Assembly (NCBI GenBank): GCA_043797665.1
Contig: JAZDPL010000080.1
Span: 1-10,141 of the forward strand
DNA: 10,141 bases
Source of the DNA: Candidatus Omnitrophota bacterium
Lineage (GTDB): Bacteria; Ratteibacteria; UBA8468; MWAK01
Direction of reading: 5' to 3'
Both the position numbers and the translations under genes were made by a program. The notes beneath the pieces were generated by a model. That model was not told the origin of the DNA. It was given only the letters and a program-made list of their open reading frames with translations, and did not search any database. Shown here piece after piece: positions 5,348 to 10,141 of the stretch (the stretch's first letter is position 1; the number at the start of each line of letters is the position of its first letter).

Positions 5348-8300
5348 TAGTGAAACGCGGCTTTATTCTTTCTTCGAAAAGAACGTAAAGGACCGGAATA
5401 AAGAAAAGGGTCGCAAATAACGCCACCAGAAGACCGCCGATAATGACGATTGCCAAAGGCTTGAAGAACTCCGAACTTTCGCCCCGGCTCAGGACCAGAG
5501 GCACCATACCGAAAATAGTGGTTAAACTGGTCATCAGGATGGGCCGTAAGCGCAGTTGCCCGGCCTGGATGATTGCCGAATTTAAAGGAAGTCCCTGTTT
5601 ACGCAGGTCTATCGCAAAAGAAAGCAGAATAATCCCGGTCTCCTCTACAATTCCCACCAGCATGATTAAACCCAGAAATGAGGTAAGAGAAAGGGTATAA
5701 CCGGTCAAAAAAAGCGACCAGACCACTCCCACCAGACTCAGCGGTACCGCAAACATAATAACGAAAGGGTCAAGATAAGACTCGAACTGACTTGCCATTA
5801 CCATATAGACCAGAATTATGGAAAGGATTAGAGCAAAACCCATGGTCCGGAAGGACTTAACCTGCTCCTGGCGTCCGCCGGCAAAAGAAAGGGAAAAACC
5901 CGCCGGCATAACCAGTTTACGGAATCCGGCGGTTGCTTCCGAAACGATGTCGCCCAGCGACCGGTCGTATATCTCCCCGCTTACCTCCACAATCCGCTCC
6001 TGGTTGCGGCGCTGGATGGAGATTGGTCCTGAACCCAGCGTGACATCGGCAACCTCGGAAAGGCGAACCAATCCGCCGTCAGGCGTGGCGATAAAAACTC
6101 CGGAAAGTATTTTGGGATTGCTCCGGTCCGCCGGCCCCAGACGCACCATTATGTCATACTGTTCACCCAATTCCCGAAACTTATTGGTGGTGTCGCCTTC
6201 AAAATATGTTTTGACCTGGTCGGCGATGCCGGCGACACTCAGGTTCATCAGACTCGCTTTTTCGCGGCGTACCTTTATCTGGTATTCGGGCTGTCCCTCA
6301 TCCCGGCTGATGTCCACGTCGGAAACGCCCGGAACCTGGGCCAATATCCGGGCCACCTGGCGGGATAAATTTCGCGAATTATCCAAATCATAGCCCCTTA
6401 TTTCCACCGTCAAAGGTTTACTCCCGCCAAAAAGCATGGAAGCCATCGGGTCAGAGGCAGAAAACAGGACATTAGCCTTCGGGAATTTCATTAAAGGCTT
6501 AAGCGCCTGGGCAATCTCACGGGTGGACCGCTGGCGTTTATCTCTGTCTACCAACTTTGCCATTACGGTACCCCGGTGTCCGGCCGGCGGCTTGCCACCC
6601 ATCATGGCCAGAGAACGGCTCCTGAGTCCCCTGCCCCACCGGGCAAGAACAACCTCCAACTCCGGAACATTATCCACGATTATTTTTTCTATCTGATGCA
6701 TTACCTTTTCGGTCTCCTCGTAACGGGTCCCGATGGGCAATTCTACGTTATAGGTCAACAGGCTCTGTTGCATCTCAGGCATAAACTCCGTACCGACTAA
6801 AGGAATCAGGGAAAAAGAAGCAACCATGAGAACTGACACCATAATGATAACCTTCTTCTTATTGCTCAACGCCCAGTTTAAAAAAGAACCGTAGGCAAGG
6901 GATAAACGCCGGAAAAACTCTTCACCCTTTTGAAACAGATTTTTTTGCCAGCCGATGCTTTCTCCCGGAAGACGAAGAAATTTGCTGGAAAGAAGGGGAA
7001 CTAAGGTGAGGGCGGTGAAAAGAGAACATAAGAGGGTGAAAGAAAAGGAAAATGCCAACTGCCGGAAGAGAATGCCGCCGATACCGCCGGTGAAGACAAC
7101 CGGCACGAATACGGTTACTACCGCTAATATTGACGCAATGACCGCCGGTGCCACTTCTCTGGTACCGGAGAGGACGGCGTCAAACCGTTCTTCCCCTCCC
7201 TCATGGTGCCGGAGAATGTTCTCAAAGACCACTATTGAGGCGTCCACCACCATACCTACCGCAATCCCCAGACTGGAAAGCGAAATAAGGTTTAAGGTGA
7301 AACCGGCTCCGTACATCAGAATAAAAGTAGTAATCAGACTGATGGGAATGCTGGCGGCAACGATGAAACTGCTGCGGATGTCCCGCACAAAGAAGAAGAT
7401 GACCAGAATCACCAGGAGTCCTCCCTGGAGAAGAGAATCCCGCAGGCTGCTGATGGAACGCTTGACAAAATCCGACTGGTCAAATATATAATGTAATTTA
7501 ACGTCCGGCGGTAGATTCCGGCTGAGTCTCCGGAGTTCTTTCTGAACACGGCTTACCACTACCACCGTATTGGTACCGGACTGTTTTTGGACCATCATCA
7601 CCAAACCTAATTTCTGGTTGATGCTAACGTCTCCGGACTTTTCCGCAAAGGCATCGGTTACCGCGGCGACGTCTTTTAAAAAGACCGGCCTGCCCTGAAC
7701 CTGCTTAACCACAATCCGACTTAACTGGTCAATGGTAACTTCTTCCGGTGTCCGTACCACATATTCGTAAGGACCGCCTTTGATAAATCCACCCGGCATA
7801 TTGAGGTTAGCCTGATGGATGGCACCAACCACCGCACTTATGGGAACCCGGTATGCCTCTAACCGCTGACGGTCTATCCCCACTTCAATTTCCCGCACGT
7901 TGCCGCCAAAAATAGCCACCGAAGCCACCCCGGGTAACTGTTCTAACTGGCGACTTACTTTCTTATCCAGGTATTCATACATCCGGGTATAACTATCCTT
8001 TACTTCTACTCCAACTATTAAAACCGGCATCATCGCAAAATCAAATTTCATCACGTAGGGTTTATCGGCCTCGTCCGGAAGTAATGTCTCCACCAGACCC
8101 GCTTTATCCCGGACTTCGCTCGCCTTCTCCTCCAAATCTACGCCAAATTCAAATTTCAGGGTAACGATGGAGACGTCCTGGTTGGAGGTGGATTCAATTT
8201 TATCCAGACCGCTCACGGTAGCCATCTCATTTTCAATCGGCAGGGTCACCTGACTCTCCACTTCCTGAGGACCGGCCCCGGGATAATAGGTAACAACCGC

Positions 8301-8435
8301 AATGGTGGGAATTTCTATTTCCGGCAATAAATCCAGACCTAACCGGCATAGAGAAATGACGCCGATAATCAACAAACCTAAAAAAACCATGGCGGTTAAG
8401 ACCGGCCGGCGGACGCCAATTTCAGATAGATTCAT
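5340..8435 (-). CDS. RND efflux transporter permease (AcrB/AcrD/AcrF superfamily), 1031 aa
   Basis: VRRPV N-terminus, YPGAGPQEVESQVTLPIE, TM4 GMVVDASIVVFENI, MASQFESYLDPFVIMFAVPL, RLRPILMTSLTTIFGMVPL, PLAIVIIGGL; typical length and two-repeat architecture. Confidence 0.96.
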   Translation of the reverse strand: MNLSEIGVRRPVLTAMVFLGLLIIGVISLCRLGLDLLPEIEIPTIAVVTYYPGAGPQEVESQVTLPIENEMATVSGLDKIESTSNQDVSIVTLKFEFGVDLEEKASEVRDKAGLVETLLPDEADKPYVMKFDFAMMPVLIVGVEVKDSYTRMYEYLDKKVSRQLEQLPGVASVAIFGGNVREIEVGIDRQRLEAYRVPISAVVGAIHQANLNMPGGFIKGGPYEYVVRTPEEVTIDQLSRIVVKQVQGRPVFLKDVAAVTDAFAEKSGDVSINQKLGLVMMVQKQSGTNTVVVVSRVQKELRRLSRNLPPDVKLHYIFDQSDFVKRSISSLRDSLLQGGLLVILVIFFFVRDIRSSFIVAASIPISLITTFILMYGAGFTLNLISLSSLGIAVGMVVDASIVVFENILRHHEGGEERFDAVLSGTREVAPAVIASILAVVTVFVPVVFTGGIGGILFRQLAFSFSFTLLCSLFTALTLVPLLSSKFLRLPGESIGWQKNLFQKGEEFFRRLSLAYGSFLNWALSNKKKVIIMVSVLMVASFSLIPLVGTEFMPEMQQSLLTYNVELPIGTRYEETEKVMHQIEKIIVDNVPELEVVLARWGRGLRSRSLAMMGGKPPAGHRGTVMAKLVDRDKRQRSTREIAQALKPLMKFPKANVLFSASDPMASMLFGGSKPLTVEIRGYDLDNSRNLSRQVARILAQVPGVSDVDISRDEGQPEYQIKVRREKASLMNLSVAGIADQVKTYFEGDTTNKFRELGEQYDIMVRLGPADRSNPKILSGVFIATPDGGLVRLSEVADVTLGSGPISIQRRNQERIVEVSGEIYDRSLGDIVSEATAGFRKLVMPAGFSLSFAGGRQEQVKSFRTMGFALILSIILVYMVMASQFESYLDPFVIMFAVPLSLVGVVWSLFLTGYTLSLTSFLGLIMLVGIVEETGIILLSFAIDLRKQGLPLNSAIIQAGQLRLRPILMTSLTTIFGMVPLVLSRGESSEFFKPLAIVIIGGLLVALFATLFFIPVLYVLFEERIKPRFTNA

Positions 8436-8441
8436 ATTTTG

Positions 8442-9539
8442 TCACTTTACAACTTCTACTTTTATGCCTTCAAAGAGAGTATCAATGCCTGCGTCTGCCA
8501 CCGATTCTCCTTCCGAAAGACCTGATAGGACTTCATACCGGTTCTCTTCCTGAATACCCAGGGTAATCTCTTTCTGGTGAACCACACCGTCTTTAATAAC
8601 GAAGACGTATGTCTTATTTCCCTGGCGACTCAACGCTTCTTGCGGAATGGTCAGGACGTTTCTTCGTGTCCCCACCAGAATATCCGCCCGGACGAACATT
8701 CCGGATTTCAAACGGAGATTCGGATTGGAAATGCGCATTTCGCAGGTGGTGGTCCGGGTAGACGGGTCCAGGACCGGATTGATTCGGGAGACACTGCCGG
8801 TAAAAGTACTTTCCGGAAAAGCATCCGGTTTTATCTTAATCTGCTGCCCCGGACGAATCCGGGCTAACTCGGTCTCTCCTATCGGCACCCGAACCTTCAC
8901 GAAACTCAAATCTACTAAATCCAGGATTGGGCCGGCGGCAGGGGTAATAAAAATACCCGGGTCAAGATAGCGCTTGCCTACAAATCCGCTGAAAGGTGCG
9001 GTAATCTGACAATCGGAGAGTTGTTCCCGGGCTAAATCAGACTGGGATTTAAACCGTTCAGATGTAGCCTGAGATACATCACGCCGGGCACGGACGTTAT
9101 CCATCTCCTGAGACGTAATCACCTCTTCTTTAAAGAGTTTTTCCATCCGCTTAAATGAACTCTCCGCATTGGCTGAATCCACCCGGGCAGCCTTCAAAGC
9201 CGCCTCTGCTTCCGACAGACGCAATTGATAATCCCGCTCTTCCACTTTAGCCAGGACCGCGTCCTTCTCTACCCGGTCACCCTCCTGAAAAAAGACCCCT
9301 TCCAATTTTCCGGAAACCCGGGAGAAAACCGGTATGCTTTTATCGGGTTCAACCGTTCCGGAAAATGAAAACGATTCGCTTAAATTGGCCCGGCCAACCG
9401 TCTGGACCGTAACCGGTATTAAAACCGACTCCTTTTTCTGCTTTCTGCCGGAAAGCCGATGGTAAGACTGAAACAAAACTAAAACCACTAAAACCGCAAT
9501 CACTAAGTATCTTCCCTTTTTTTTCATAATTTTTAACAT
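8442..9539 (-). CDS. RND periplasmic adaptor (membrane fusion protein), about 361-365 aa
   Basis: Basic N-terminus plus one hydrophobic helix, lipoyl half-motifs SRVSGKLEGVFFQEGDRVEK and ITAPFSGFV flanking an alpha-hairpin, INPVLDPSTRT, LKSGMFVRA, GLSEGESV. An alternative ATG start is at 9527. Confidence 0.94.
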   Translation of the reverse strand: MLKIMKKKGRYLVIAVLVVLVLFQSYHRLSGRKQKKESVLIPVTVQTVGRANLSESFSFSGTVEPDKSIPVFSRVSGKLEGVFFQEGDRVEKDAVLAKVEERDYQLRLSEAEAALKAARVDSANAESSFKRMEKLFKEEVITSQEMDNVRARRDVSQATSERFKSQSDLAREQLSDCQITAPFSGFVGKRYLDPGIFITPAAGPILDLVDLSFVKVRVPIGETELARIRPGQQIKIKPDAFPESTFTGSVSRINPVLDPSTRTTTCEMRISNPNLRLKSGMFVRADILVGTRRNVLTIPQEALSRQGNKTYVFVIKDGVVHQKEITLGIQEENRYEVLSGLSEGESVADAGIDTLFEGIKVEVVK

Positions 9540-9559
9540 TTGAGATGCAGGGGTTGGTA

Positions 9560-10141
9560 TTAATCGTAAAAGATAAACGGGTTCGTCCAGGCGTGCCTGC
9601 CTTCCCGGTCAATAACTTCCGCGCGGACATATTTAATGTTTTCGGTTAACTGAATTTCCGCTTCGGTTATCTCCTTCCCTTTTTCCGCATAGAAACTCAA
9701 GCCGTTGGACCGCTGGCAGATAAAATGGATTTCCTGCACCGGAGAACATCTCAAAATTACCTTGTTGTCTTTGAGCCGAAAATCTTCCATAATTGGTCCA
9801 CAGGAAGCATAATAACAACCGGACCGCAAAGATTCCATAATAGAATCCGGCGTAAGTTCCCGGGCTTTAACCATCGTCCAGCCCTTAAAGATATCTATGT
9901 CCCCGCTATGAACATCATCACTGGCTACCGCGGGCGTAACTACACCGGCATCCAGAAGGTCATCCCAGTGAACCGAACTGAACCCTTTGCCGATTCTGGT
10001 ACAGGTTGCATTGTAAACTTCTATTCCGATATATCCTGCTAAAGGAAGCAAACGGTTCAGGTTATGTCCGCACCAGTAAGGGTGTCCGACGATTACCTCA
10101 CCACCCGCCTTCTTCACCTGAGCAATCCGCTCATTCGCATC
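9560..10141 (-). CDS. PHP-superfamily (CehA/McbA-like) metallohydrolase, 5'-truncated by the window edge
   Basis: The frame is open to the edge (DANERIAQVKKAGG...), so GTG 10117 is internal. PHP motifs GHPYW, GIEVYN and ASDDVH; C-terminal YVRAEV...AWTNPF. Confidence 0.8.
   Translation of the reverse strand, partial: DANERIAQVKKAGGEVIVGHPYWCGHNLNRLLPLAGYIGIEVYNATCTRIGKGFSSVHWDDLLDAGVVTPAVASDDVHSGDIDIFKGWTMVKARELTPDSIMESLRSGCYYASCGPIMEDFRLKDNKVILRCSPVQEIHFICQRSNGLSFYAEKGKEITEAEIQLTENIKYVRAEVIDREGRHAWTNPFIFYD

Noticed and set aside
5443..7491. Long plus-strand ORFs antisense to the RND gene (e.g. 5818-6393, 6955-7491)
   Set aside because: They are shadow frames of a conserved gene, with no recognisable motifs and Arg/Ser/Thr-rich composition.
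9470..9506. Short repeated aaaac(c/t)a units
   Set aside because: They simply encode the Val/Leu-rich membrane anchor of the adaptor protein.
1..10141. CRISPR array, tRNA/rRNA, transposase, integrase, defence or selenoprotein signals
   Set aside because: No regularly spaced repeats or RNA-gene signatures were seen. All long ORFs are otherwise explained, and the TGA stops fall at the expected protein ends.

Overview
Gene-dense bacterial chromosomal window with eight protein-coding genes and a metal/redox theme. On the minus strand, a trxB-like thioredoxin reductase is coupled to comF by an ATGA overlap. It is transcribed divergently, from back-to-back sigma70-like promoters, from a single-ORF FeoA-FeoB fusion on the plus strand. 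feoAB converges on a tightly packed minus-strand operon: PHP-family metallohydrolase (5'-truncated), RND membrane fusion protein, RND transporter, CDF cation exporter, yggS. A GTAG-type REP-like palindrome lies at the left edge. No rRNA, tRNA, CRISPR array or transposase was seen. The most notable points are residue-level. The TrxB has lost both NADPH-binding motifs. The RND pump combines a general-efflux scaffold with a CusA-like acidic TM10, and no outer-membrane factor gene lies next to it. The FeoAB fusion is linkerless, has almost no GDI domain and keeps a possible vestigial internal start. All calls come from motif recognition by eye; no database searches were run.
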